Assembly: GCA_963810095.1 (NCBI GenBank)
Contig: CAWEMM010000014.1
Location: 256,001 to 320,000, forward strand
From: an uncultured Chloroflexia bacterium
GTDB lineage: Bacteria; Chloroflexota; Anaerolineae; CG2-30-64-16
Direction: 5' to 3'
Length of the DNA: 64,000 nucleotides
The number at the start of each line of letters is the position of its first letter. The stretch's first letter is position 1. Shown here piece after piece: positions 43,946-52,856 of the stretch. The translations under genes were made by a program, and so were the position numbers. The notes beneath the pieces were generated by a model, which worked only from the letters and a program-made list of their open reading frames with translations, made no database searches and was not told the origin of the DNA.

Positions 43946-44147
43946 GCATCCTTCGACTTCGTCGGGCGAAACCATCGCCCGACTCCGCTCAGGATGCTTA
44001 AGGATCCGAATGAGGCAAAAGCATCGTTCGACTTCGTCGGGCGAAATCATCGTCCGACTTCGCTCAGGATGCTTATGAATCCGAATGAAGCAAAAGCATC
44101 CTGAGCGGAGCACCGCGGTAGTTTGGCGGTGCGCAGTCGAAGGATGC
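43946..44147. repeat. array of three GCATCC REP-like units (43946-43997, 44021-44072, inverted 44096-44147)
   Basis: 52-bp units separated by near-identical 23-bp spacers TTA.G.ATCCGAATGA.GCAAAA. Confidence 0.92.
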
Positions 44148-44164
44148 GGACCTTCATAAGTGAT

Positions 44165-44475
44165 TCACTTTCTCTGTTTGCGCCCTTCGCGAGATACCCG
44201 TTCGGCACGTACGATCTCGTGCACTTCGTCCAGATTACCGCGGATGAGCGCTTCCTTCTTCGCGCGCGCGACCAGCCCTTCAACTGCCGTTCGACAAGAA
44301 AGGCGTCATGCTCGGTGGTAAAGTCGCAGGACCAGACAAGCTCGACAGGCAGTCGATGGCTTGTATAGCCCTGGAACGTTCCTGCATTATGTTCTTCGAT
44401 GCGCCTTTGCAGGTTCCACGTCGATCCCACATAATAGGAGCCATCGGCACAACAAAGGATGTAGACGTAGTACAT
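44165..44475 (-). CDS. small GIY-YIG nuclease, UPF0213/YhbQ-like (frameshift near 44265)
   Basis: MYYVYILCCADGSYYVGST.NL.RRI.EHN.G...YT..RLPVELV..ERQLKGWSRA(K)KEALI. Confidence 0.92.
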
Positions 44476-44497
44476 GGAGACGGGTCTCCAAACGGCC

Positions 44498-44556
44498 GCA
44501 TCCTGCGGGTGTGCCCCGGCCTGCCAAAGGCGGGCCAGGGCACGGCGGGGGGATGC
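44498..44556. repeat. degenerate GCATCC...GGATGC unit upstream of the GIY-YIG gene
   Basis: Same terminal hexamers enclosing hairpin GTGCCCCGGCCTGCC-AAA-GGCGGGCCAGGGCAC. Confidence 0.55.
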
Positions 44557-44560
44557 TCCC

Positions 44561-45538
44561 CTAGTTCTTCAGGAACGTGATCCCAGTGCACTGCATGCCC
44601 TGGTTCAGGGTGTACACGAACTTGTTCGATTGCGGTGCAGGCGGACCCGAGAAGCTGGACAGGTCGCCGCTAACCGGCACGCCATCGCAGCTGGTCACAT
44701 AGATTTCCACGGTTGTGCCGGCGCCGGGCGGGCTGCTGCCGAACGGTGCGAAGCCCCAGACGCCGTTCCCGGCGCCACCGCAGCCGCTGCACTTCGTCTG
44801 GCGGGGCCCGAAGAAGGCGATGTGCACGCACACGCCGTTCAACAGGTTATTGCTCCGGTCGCGAACGAAGCCGTTGAAATAGGTGCTGCCCGGATTCGGC
44901 TGGCAGTTGGCCGAGCCCTCCATGTAGGAGTAGGCGTACTGGGGCTGGGGCGGCGCGGGCGGGCTTGTCGGCTGAGCCGGCGGCGCAGGCGGGTTGGTGG
45001 GCCGCGGGCGGGCCGTTGGCTGGGGCCGGGCCGTGGGGAGCGCCGGCGCCTGCGCGACCTCGACCCCGTTCAGGTCGCCCGCAACACTTACGAGCGCAGC
45101 GGTCACCCAACCGTCCTTGCCGTTGAAGTCGAACTTCACCCAGTCGCCGCCGTCGTTGCGGCCCGTCACGTCGAAGGACTGGCCCGCCGTCAGGCGGCCG
45201 ATGGCCGGGTATGCGGTGCCGGGTCCGCTGCGGACATTGACGTTCTGCGACGCGGTGAGCTTGGTCACCGCAGGCTCGGGCGTGGCCGTCGGCTCGGACG
45301 TGGCGGCAGGGGCTTCGGTCGGTTGCGCTGCGACCGTCGCGACTGCTTCGGCCGTCGCCTGGATGGGCTGGGCTGTGGCGAACGCAATGGACGTCGGCGT
45401 CCAGTCTGGCGTCGGCGTGAAGGTCGGTTTGGGCGTCTTGGTCGGCGGCACCGGGCTGGGGGCCGGGGCATTGGCGCCACAGCCTGCCAGCGCTATGACC
45501 AACAGCGCGAGCAACAGAATACTAGCTTTCCTGAACAT
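44561..45538 (-). CDS. SH3b-domain lipoprotein with Pro/Thr linkers and Cys-rich C-terminal domain
   Basis: Lipobox LAGC; VNVRSGPGTAY...GWV. Confidence 0.88.
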   Translation of the reverse strand: MFRKASILLLALLVIALAGCGANAPAPSPVPPTKTPKPTFTPTPDWTPTSIAFATAQPIQATAEAVATVAAQPTEAPAATSEPTATPEPAVTKLTASQNVNVRSGPGTAYPAIGRLTAGQSFDVTGRNDGGDWVKFDFNGKDGWVTAALVSVAGDLNGVEVAQAPALPTARPQPTARPRPTNPPAPPAQPTSPPAPPQPQYAYSYMEGSANCQPNPGSTYFNGFVRDRSNNLLNGVCVHIAFFGPRQTKCSGCGGAGNGVWGFAPFGSSPPGAGTTVEIYVTSCDGVPVSGDLSSFSGPPAPQSNKFVYTLNQGMQCTGITFLKN

Positions 45539-45712
45539 GGAAACGAACACCTCGAGTGAGTTTAGAGGTCGCACGACCCGGCCACGTGGATGGCGTCGAC
45601 GCGACGCGTGCGTCCGGGACCCGCTCCAGGCAGGGCGAACCTGCCACAGTCGGGTCTTGGGATTGTAACATAACTAACGAATCGGCCAAACTTATCCTTG
45701 ATGGGCCAAGAT

Positions 45713-45772
45713 GTAGGGGCGAGCTTCAGCTCGCCCGTGCTCAGGCCAAGCGCGAGCTGAGCTCGCCCCTAC
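45713..45772. repeat. GTAG-type REP doublet
   Basis: GTAGGGGCGAGCTTCAGCTCGCCC...GCGCGAGCTGAGCTCGCCCCTAC. Confidence 0.8.
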
Positions 45773-45786
45773 GTGAGCACATGCCC

Positions 45787-46909
45787 CTACTTCTTGCATC
45801 TCCGGATGCCGTCCTGTGCGGGCTTCGAATCCGGGTTGAGCTCCAGCGCCTTCTCGAACCACTTGATCCCGCTCGGGACAGTCTTCCAGGTACGAATAGG
45901 CCAGCCCGAGCTCGTAGAAGTACTCTTCGTTCTTGAGCCCCAGCTCGAAGGCCTTGTTGAAGCTCTCGATCGCCGACTCCCAGTTGAGCTGCGTGTAATA
46001 CAGCCGCCCCAGGTGCGCGTGAGCCGGCGCGTAATCCGGATCCAGCTCGATGGCCTTACGCAGCATCGCCTTCCCGCGGTCAGGATCGCCGTTGAGGGCG
46101 CTGGCGTGGCCCAGTGCGTCGTAGCCGGTCGGCGCGTCCGGGTTTGCCTCGACGGCCTTCTCGAACTGCTCGATGGCCTTCTCGTAATCGTTCAGCACCA
46201 TGTAGATGTTGCCGGCGCTGATGTAAATGTAGCCCAGCTTCGGCGCCAGCTCGGCCGCCTTGGCGTAGGATTCGAGCGCCTCGTCCGAACGGCCCTGCAT
46301 CGACAGCACGTAACCCAGGTTGCGGATCACGTAGCCGCTGTTCGGATCGAGCTTCTCGGCCTGCCGGGCCTCGTCCAGCGCCCGCTGCCAGTTGTTGCGA
46401 TCTGCATACACCTCGCCCAGCGTGGCGTGCGCTTGCGCCGACATCGGGTCGGTGTCCACGGCCTTCAGCGCGTTCTTGATGGCCTCATCGTACTGCCCGC
46501 TCCAGTCCTGGGCCATGGCGAGGATCGACAGGTTCTCGGCGCTCGGCTCGACGTCCACAGCCTTCTGCGCCAGCGGCACGGCCTTCTCAGGATGCCCCCG
46601 CATGATCCACAGCCACGCCAACTGGTAGAGCGTCCGGTGGTTCTCCGGCTCCAGGTTGAGCATGGTCTCGTAGCTGGCACCGGCCTTCGCCAGCAGCCCC
46701 GCTTTGTACGCGTCCTCCGCCTCGGCCAGGTAGCTGACCGCAGAGCGGGTGGGCGTCGCGGTGGGCGCCAGCGGGTTGAACGGGTTTTCGAAGAACCGGG
46801 TGCGCGTCGCCAGGAGATAGACGCCGGGAATCAGGATGATGGCGGCCAGGAATATGAACGGCCAGGGCGACCGGCGCTTACGTCCGCGATACCGGCGGTC
46901 GATATACAT
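45787..46909 (-). CDS. membrane-anchored tetratricopeptide repeat protein (frameshift near 45875)
   Basis: N-terminal TM, then multiple LG..Y...A...KA.ELxP repeats. Confidence 0.9.
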
Positions 46910-47754
46910 TACTTTGGCTCCTGCAGAGCCGCCACATCGGCAACGGTCTGCATAATCGACCGGTCGATCTCGGGTTGCCCGTTGCTCATGATCAGCGTCG
47001 TGGTCGTCAGCGCCGCGGGTCCGCCGTGGTAGTCGATCAGATGGCCGCCGGCCTCGTCGATCAGCACCCAGCCCGGCGCAAAGTCCCAGGGCTTCAAACC
47101 GGTTTCCCAATAGGCCTCCAGGTGCCCCGCAGCCACCCACACCATGGTCATCGACGCGGCGCCCATGCGGCGCACCGACTGCGTCAGATTGTCAAGGATG
47201 GCGAACTCGCTGTGCCGGGCGCGGCCGGCGTCCGTGCGCGCGTACTGGAAGCCCGTCGCCAGGATGGCGTGCTTGAGCTCGTTGACCTCCGAGACGTGCA
47301 AACGGGTCTCTCCGTTCCCGCCCGCTGCCGAGCTGCGCGCCCACGCCCCCCGGCCCCGCATGGCCCAATAGGTGCGGTTGTTTGAGGGCTCGTGCGTGAC
47401 CCCGAGCACGGGGTACCCGTGATGCGCCAGCGCGATGTTTACGCCGTAAATCGGCAGACCATGGCTGTAGTTCGTCGTGCCGTCGAGCGGGTCGACAATC
47501 CACACCCACTCCGCATCGGAGAAGCGCTGATTCATCTCCTCCGAGATGACACCGTAGGTGGGGTAGGCGGAGCCAAGCTCTGACAGGATGAAGCGCTCGG
47601 ATGCGACGTCGGCTTCGGTGACGATGTCGAAATGTCCGAGCTTCGTGCGCGTCGATTCCGGGTTCAGCCCGCGCTCCTGAATGCCCAACAGAATATCCCC
47701 CGCCCGCTGCGCGAGGTCGATCGCAAAGTCGAGATGTTGCTGATCCATGTTCAT
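46909..47754 (-). CDS. suhB: inositol monophosphatase family protein
   Basis: VTEAD, SEE, WIVDPLDGTTNY, RRMGAA, LKPWDFA. Confidence 0.9.
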   Translation of the reverse strand: MNMDQQHLDFAIDLAQRAGDILLGIQERGLNPESTRTKLGHFDIVTEADVASERFILSELGSAYPTYGVISEEMNQRFSDAEWVWIVDPLDGTTNYSHGLPIYGVNIALAHHGYPVLGVTHEPSNNRTYWAMRGRGAWARSSAAGGNGETRLHVSEVNELKHAILATGFQYARTDAGRARHSEFAILDNLTQSVRRMGAASMTMVWVAAGHLEAYWETGLKPWDFAPGWVLIDEAGGHLIDYHGGPAALTTTTLIMSNGQPEIDRSIMQTVADVAALQEPK

Positions 47755-47768
47755 CCACAGGTTGGAAT

Positions 47769-47856
47769 TGGGACGCAGATTTGACTGATCTGACTGATGG
47801 ACGTGATCCTCATCAAGATCATCTCAATCAGTCAGATCAGTTCGATCAGCGTTCGA
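47769..47856. repeat. palindrome with 9-nt periodic GAT/ATC arms
   Basis: GCAGATTTG-ACTGATCTG-ACTGATGGA ... AATCAGTCA-GATCAGTTC-GATCAGCGT. Confidence 0.8.
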
Positions 47857-48588
47857 TTTCAAGTTACAGCCGGCGCCCAGTCCCAAGCGCATTAGGTTCC
47901 CGCGCACTTGGCGGGCATAGCCGGGTCCCAACAGGCGCAACATTTCCTTCACCGTGGCCCGGCGCGACGCCGGCCCTCTCGGGCACAGGGGCGGGGGCGG
48001 AGGAAAGCCGCAAGCCCGGGCGAACGCAGCCAGCTCGCGCTCGGGGATGTAGATCAATGGCCGGATCAGCCGGAACCGGCCTTCGAAATAGTCCCCCACC
48101 GGCGCCAGGCTCCTGACGCTCCCCACGTACAAAATGTTCAGCAGCGTGGTCTGCGCAAGGTCGTCGGCATGGTGCGCGTAGGCCAGGACGTTGCACCCGA
48201 GTTCGTCCGCTGCGGTGAACAACGCCTTGCGGCGCAGCCAGGTGCAGCGCTGGCAGTCGAGGGGCGCCGCGTCGCCTGCGTTCAACTCCGGTTCGACGAC
48301 CCGGTAGGGCAGCCCTCGGCCCGCCAGCCACGTTTCGAGCGGCTCGTGCGGCCCGGTGATCCCGGTCGCATCGCCCCGCACGTGGACCGCCGCCACCTCG
48401 TAGTGCTCCGGCGCTGCCCGGCGGTGACGCTCCAGCAGCTCCAGCAGCGCCAGGCTGTCCTTCCCGCCCGACACCGCCACCGCAACCCGGTCGCCGTCAT
48501 GGAGCATGTCAAAGTCGCGCACCGCCTTGCTTAGGTCCCGGAGCAAGTAGTGCGCTTGCTTATCTACGGAGGTTGCTACGAATTTCAC
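47824..48588 (-). CDS. ttcA: tRNA 2-thiocytidine biosynthesis TtcA family PP-loop ATPase
   Basis: VAVSGGKDS, CQRC..LRR, AHHADD, LIRPL. Confidence 0.8.
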   Translation of the reverse strand: MKFVATSVDKQAHYLLRDLSKAVRDFDMLHDGDRVAVAVSGGKDSLALLELLERHRRAAPEHYEVAAVHVRGDATGITGPHEPLETWLAGRGLPYRVVEPELNAGDAAPLDCQRCTWLRRKALFTAADELGCNVLAYAHHADDLAQTTLLNILYVGSVRSLAPVGDYFEGRFRLIRPLIYIPERELAAFARACGFPPPPPLCPRGPASRRATVKEMLRLLGPGYARQVRGNLMRLGLGAGCNLKSNADRTDLTD

Positions 48589-48650
48589 GAATTCGCCGAA
48601 TTTGACGAATTTGATCTCATCGAATTCGTATCATTCGTGTAATTCGTGGC
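48575..48650. repeat. palindrome with 9-nt periodic CGAAT arms overlapping two coding ends
   Basis: ACGAATTTC-ACGAATTCG-CCGAATTTG-ACGAAT ... ATTCGTATC-ATTCGTGTA-ATTCGTGGC. Confidence 0.85.
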
Positions 48651-49490
48651 GGCGCGTTCTTTTAGCCGCCGTACCGCCTTCATGGGCACGTAGACCCCGC
48701 CGAGGTCGGGCTCGTTGGGGCGAATGCCGTGAAAGTCGGTGCCTCCGGTGACCAGGAGCCCGTGCTGGCGCGCCATCAGCATCAGGCGCTCGATCGTGAC
48801 CGCGTCATAGCCGGGGTAGTAGACCTCGATGCCCGCCAACCCCGCGGCCAACATTTCGGGCAGCAAGCTCGCCTCGTCGAAGCGCGCCTTGATCATCCCG
48901 TACTTGTCGAAGAACACCGGATGAGCCAGCACCGGCAGGCCGCCTGCACGCCGAATGAGCGCGCACGCCTCGGCAGGGCTGAACTTCATGCGCTCGACAT
49001 AAGCGGGGCTGTTCCGGCCGATGTACTTCTCGAAGGCCTGGCTGTAGCTCGTGACATGGCCGGCTTCGAGGAGGGCCTGGGCCACGTGGGGCCGGCCCAC
49101 CGCGCCTTCGCCTGCAATCTGCAGGATGCGCTCGAAGGTGATGGGCGCGCCCATTTCGGTCAGCACTTCGGCCATGCGTTTGGCCCGGCCCACCCGGCCC
49201 TCGCGGATCAGCGCCAGCTTTTCGTTCAACTCGTCGTGCTGCGGATCGACGAAGTACCCCAGCACGTGGACTTCCGCCCCGGGCACATCCGTATTGATCT
49301 CGACGCCCGCGATCACTTCGACACCCAGGCTCGCCCCGGTCGCCTGGCCCTCGGCCACGCCGCCCACCGTGTCGTGGTCGGTGATGGCCATGACCTTCAG
49401 GCCGAGCCGGCTGGCGCGGTGGACGAGTTGGGCCGGCGCGAAGGAACCGTCGGACGCGGTCGTATGCGTATGTAGGTCGACCTGGTTCAC
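48585..49490 (-). CDS. PHP domain phosphoesterase (YciV/TrpH-like)
   Basis: DLHTHTTASDG, AITDHD, GVE, HVLGY, GRPH, VLAHP, TGGTDFHG. Confidence 0.93.
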   Translation of the reverse strand: MNQVDLHTHTTASDGSFAPAQLVHRASRLGLKVMAITDHDTVGGVAEGQATGASLGVEVIAGVEINTDVPGAEVHVLGYFVDPQHDELNEKLALIREGRVGRAKRMAEVLTEMGAPITFERILQIAGEGAVGRPHVAQALLEAGHVTSYSQAFEKYIGRNSPAYVERMKFSPAEACALIRRAGGLPVLAHPVFFDKYGMIKARFDEASLLPEMLAAGLAGIEVYYPGYDAVTIERLMLMARQHGLLVTGGTDFHGIRPNEPDLGGVYVPMKAVRRLKERAATNYTNDTNSMRSNSSNSANS

Positions 49491-51601
49491 GCGCCAACTC
49501 CGCCGGCACGCGCGTCAGCCCTGCCGAACTGACTGGCCCCTGCCTGAACGCCTGCGCCCTGCGCGGGCTCGTGGCGGGACCCTGCATCCCTGGCGCGCAA
49601 ATCGATCAAACCGGCATCGGCCAGGAGCTTGAAGTAGGCCAGGGTGTATTCGTCGGCCGGCCGGCCCAACTCGAGCCACGCCAGCTCGCCGATCTCTGCA
49701 ACGCTGCGCGTCCCGTCCGACCAGTATTGCAGCACGGGCTCGTAGTCGTGCGCAATGGGTCCGAACGCCTCGCTGAGCGCCCAGAGCCGCGGCAGCAGCT
49801 CGGGGTGGTCCGCCTGGAGGCACATGGCAAGATCGATGGGGCCCGGCCCCGTGCGGCACGGCGTGAGTCCTGCCGCTTCGACATGCCATGCAGCAGGCGC
49901 TTCAGACTCGGCGGCCCCGGTATGGACCAGGCCGTCCAGCGTTGTCGTGGCCCACAGCGCTTCGGTGGCGGCTCGCTGCATGATCCGCTCGCGCCAGATG
50001 TGCGATTTGCTCGCCGCCGCCGGATCAAGCTGGACCAGGCCGGCCAGGGACGCCACGGCGCGCTCGGCTCGGAAAGCGTTCAGCTTCTGATAACGGCGCC
50101 ACACTGCGGCCCGTGCGTCTGCTGCGACCGAGCTGTGCACTGTTTCCACGACCTCGGCCGCTGCGTGGCCGGCCCAGCTGGTAAAACGTGAGACCATCAG
50201 ATGGCCCAACCATTCGGCTTCGGGCGCACCTGCGGTGGCCAACCAGTACGCGTAGGTGGCGGCCAGGCTGCCGCTGCGCGCCAGGCTGTCAGGGCTCACC
50301 TTCTCGGGCGTGTCTTCCGAGGTGTGATAGAACCGGTCGGGCCAGTGAATGATCATGGGCGAGGGGATGCCCACCGTCGGGTCGGCAAGGATATAGTGGT
50401 CGGACCCCGCGCTGAAGGGCGTCTCGGTGTGGCGGATGCCGCCCAGGTAGGGCTCGCGCAGCCAGCTGAGCAGGTGGTCGGCAAAGGATGCGCCGGCCAG
50501 CGGCAGCCCGACCAGCTCCCATTGGCCGCCCGTCATGTTCTGATCTGCGCCCACCATGTCGAGATTGAGGCCCGCGATGAAGTGCCGGGGCTCGCGCAGG
50601 ACTGCGTCGGCGCACGTTCCCTCGGCATTGACGCTCTCGGAGAGGTAGGCGAAGGTGCCCGTCATTTCCGGGGGCCAGATGAAGCGGATGCCGCGGCGGG
50701 GCGTGGGCAGCCGGCCGTCTGAAATGAGGCGTGCCAGTGTGACCGCCGCTTCGAGCAGCGCGGCGGCGCCCGAGGCGTTGTCGTGGGCGCCGGGCTGGGG
50801 GTGACACAGGTGGCTCACCAGCAGGATTTCTTCGCCGTCGGCCATTTCGTCGCCGGGCAGGAGGGCCTCGACCACTTCGATCGCGCCCGCGTAGAACTCG
50901 CTGTCGATCGACGCGCGCACGCGCAGCGTCTCGCCCTTCTCCAGGCGCTGCCGAAGCGCCCGCCCTTGCCGGGGGCTGATCACAAAGCCCCAGGCATCCG
51001 GCTCGGTCTGCCCGGCCCACCAGAAGGAGGTGTACTGCAGCGCGTCCGGCAGGTCCAGCTCGCTGCGTCCCCCGGCCTGCATGCCGTCGAACAGGATGCC
51101 GGCCGCGCCCAGCTCGCGCAGCGCGACTGCGGCCACCCGCCCAATTGGCTTGCCCGTCAGGACGACCTTGCCCGCCACATCCAACCCTTCGTAGTCGGCC
51201 CGCTCGATACCGCCCTGCCCCCTCGGCACAACGACTTCGAACTCGCCCTCGACCGGAATGCTGCGCTGGATGAGACTGATGGGCGTGACGGCGAAATCGC
51301 ACAGCAGGACGGGTGCGGGTGCGCCGGCCCCTTCGCCCGGCAGCAGGTGGAGCGTGGCCCCCTCGCACGACCACTCGAGAAAGCTGGGGGTGGACCAGAA
51401 GCGCGCCACGCCGTCGGCGGGATAGCCGAGCACGTTCACCTGGAGTCCCGCTTCTGAAAGCTGCTGCGCGACGTAATGCGCGGCCGCTCGATAGCCAGGG
51501 CTGGCCTGGATACGATGGAATCCGCTGAGTGCGGTCACGTGCCGGTGAGCCATCTCACCGCGATAGGCGGTGCGAATGAGGTCGCTATAAACGTAAGGCA
51601 T
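49487..51601 (-). CDS. DUF4910/M28-type aminopeptidase-like protein
   Basis: HLCHP.PGAHDNASG, PPEM, NLDMVG, GSDH, YHTSED. Confidence 0.85.
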   Translation of the reverse strand: MPYVYSDLIRTAYRGEMAHRHVTALSGFHRIQASPGYRAAAHYVAQQLSEAGLQVNVLGYPADGVARFWSTPSFLEWSCEGATLHLLPGEGAGAPAPVLLCDFAVTPISLIQRSIPVEGEFEVVVPRGQGGIERADYEGLDVAGKVVLTGKPIGRVAAVALRELGAAGILFDGMQAGGRSELDLPDALQYTSFWWAGQTEPDAWGFVISPRQGRALRQRLEKGETLRVRASIDSEFYAGAIEVVEALLPGDEMADGEEILLVSHLCHPQPGAHDNASGAAALLEAAVTLARLISDGRLPTPRRGIRFIWPPEMTGTFAYLSESVNAEGTCADAVLREPRHFIAGLNLDMVGADQNMTGGQWELVGLPLAGASFADHLLSWLREPYLGGIRHTETPFSAGSDHYILADPTVGIPSPMIIHWPDRFYHTSEDTPEKVSPDSLARSGSLAATYAYWLATAGAPEAEWLGHLMVSRFTSWAGHAAAEVVETVHSSVAADARAAVWRRYQKLNAFRAERAVASLAGLVQLDPAAASKSHIWRERIMQRAATEALWATTTLDGLVHTGAAESEAPAAWHVEAAGLTPCRTGPGPIDLAMCLQADHPELLPRLWALSEAFGPIAHDYEPVLQYWSDGTRSVAEIGELAWLELGRPADEYTLAYFKLLADAGLIDLRARDAGSRHEPAQGAGVQAGASQFGRADARAGGVGA

Positions 51602-51717
51602 CGGTTGGTCCCGGGGTGTGTATTTCGTAAAGACAAGTTATCATAACACAAGGGAGCGGCGCGCGTGAAATGGATTCTGCGTTGTCTGTTCGCCCAGTAT
51701 ATGCTATTATGGACGCC

Positions 51718-52338
51718 ATGCTGACGAGTCATCTTCCCCCACGGCGCTTCCTGTGGCTCGTGGTCGCGCTGCTTATCCTCAGCGTGACTGCCTGCGCCGG
51801 CCCTCCGGCGGGCCAGCCGGCCGCGCCCGCATCGTCGGTGCAGGACCAATTGGCCCAACTGGCCGGCAGCGCCGAGCCCCGGCCCAGTATCATGCCGGGT
51901 GCGGCTGCTGCAAGCGCCACCGAGTCAGCCCAGGCCCGGCCGACGAAGCGGCCCGCCGCCCCGGCCGTCGCCTCGCCCAAACCCACGCGCCGCCCCAGCG
52001 CCACCACGGCCGTCCAGCCGACGAGAGCGCCGCGCGCCACCGTCACGCCCTCGGACGGCGGGCTGCCCACCATCGCACAGGCCAAGCTGCCGAAAGAGGC
52101 CCGTCAAACCATCCGGCTCATTCAACAGGGCGGGCCGTTCCCGTACCGGCAGGATGGCGCCACGTTTCAGAACCGGGAGGGTCTGCTGCCCAAGCGGCCC
52201 TCGGGCTACTATCGGGAGTACACGGTCATCACGCCGGGCTCGCCCGACCGGGGCGCTCGCCGCATCATTGGGGGCGATGGCGGGGAGTTGTACTACACCG
52301 ACGACCACTACGACTCCTTCAAGCGGGTGATCCCATGA
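51718..52338 (+). CDS. guanyl-specific ribonuclease (RNase Sa/barnase family) lipoprotein
   Basis: Lipobox VTAC, Pro/Ala linker, GGPFPY.QDG..FQNREGLLP...YYREYTV.TPG...RGARRII...YYTDDHY.SF. Confidence 0.93.
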   Translation: MLTSHLPPRRFLWLVVALLILSVTACAGPPAGQPAAPASSVQDQLAQLAGSAEPRPSIMPGAAAASATESAQARPTKRPAAPAVASPKPTRRPSATTAVQPTRAPRATVTPSDGGLPTIAQAKLPKEARQTIRLIQQGGPFPYRQDGATFQNREGLLPKRPSGYYREYTVITPGSPDRGARRIIGGDGGELYYTDDHYDSFKRVIP

Positions 52339-52820
52339 CCGAGACCCTGCAAGACCGCCTCGCGCCCGGCGCCGGGTCGGGCATCTACCGGTTTGGCGGC
52401 CGGGCCGGCGCGAAGACCCTCGCCCAGCTTGCCGAGGGTGCGGGTTGGCAGTTCCTGCACCTCGACGCCAGCGAAGCCGAGGACAAGCGGTCCTTCCTCC
52501 AGGCGTCGGCCCGCGGGCTGCAGTTTCCCGAGTGGGCGGGGCGTAACTGGGATGCGTTCGAGGAATTGGTGAACGATGTGTCGCGCCTGCCGCCCGCACC
52601 TGGCTACCTGGTGTTGGTCGACGGCTTGAGCAAGTTCAGCCGCCATGCGCCGGGGGAAATGCGGACCGGGCTGGCCATCCTGGAGCAGGCGGTCGCCAAC
52701 CGGATCGAGGCGGGCGAGGCGCCCCTCGTCGTCCTGGTGCGGGGGGCCGGGGCCGCCGCTCGTCACCTGCCCGCCCTGACGCTGCGCGGGCCGGCCGAGA
52801 CCCCGAAGGTCTCCCGGTAG
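52335..52820 (+). CDS. barstar family RNase inhibitor
   Basis: LQFPEWAGRNWDAFEE; ATGA overlap with the RNase stop. Confidence 0.9.
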   Translation: MTETLQDRLAPGAGSGIYRFGGRAGAKTLAQLAEGAGWQFLHLDASEAEDKRSFLQASARGLQFPEWAGRNWDAFEELVNDVSRLPPAPGYLVLVDGLSKFSRHAPGEMRTGLAILEQAVANRIEAGEAPLVVLVRGAGAAARHLPALTLRGPAETPKVSR

Positions 52821-52856
52821 CAGTTTCACGATGCGATTCGTTCAGGTACAGGTACA

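Noticed and set aside
43946-44147. Mini CRISPR array
   Set aside because: Units are 52 bp, the spacers are nearly identical to each other, the third unit is inverted, and no cas genes are present
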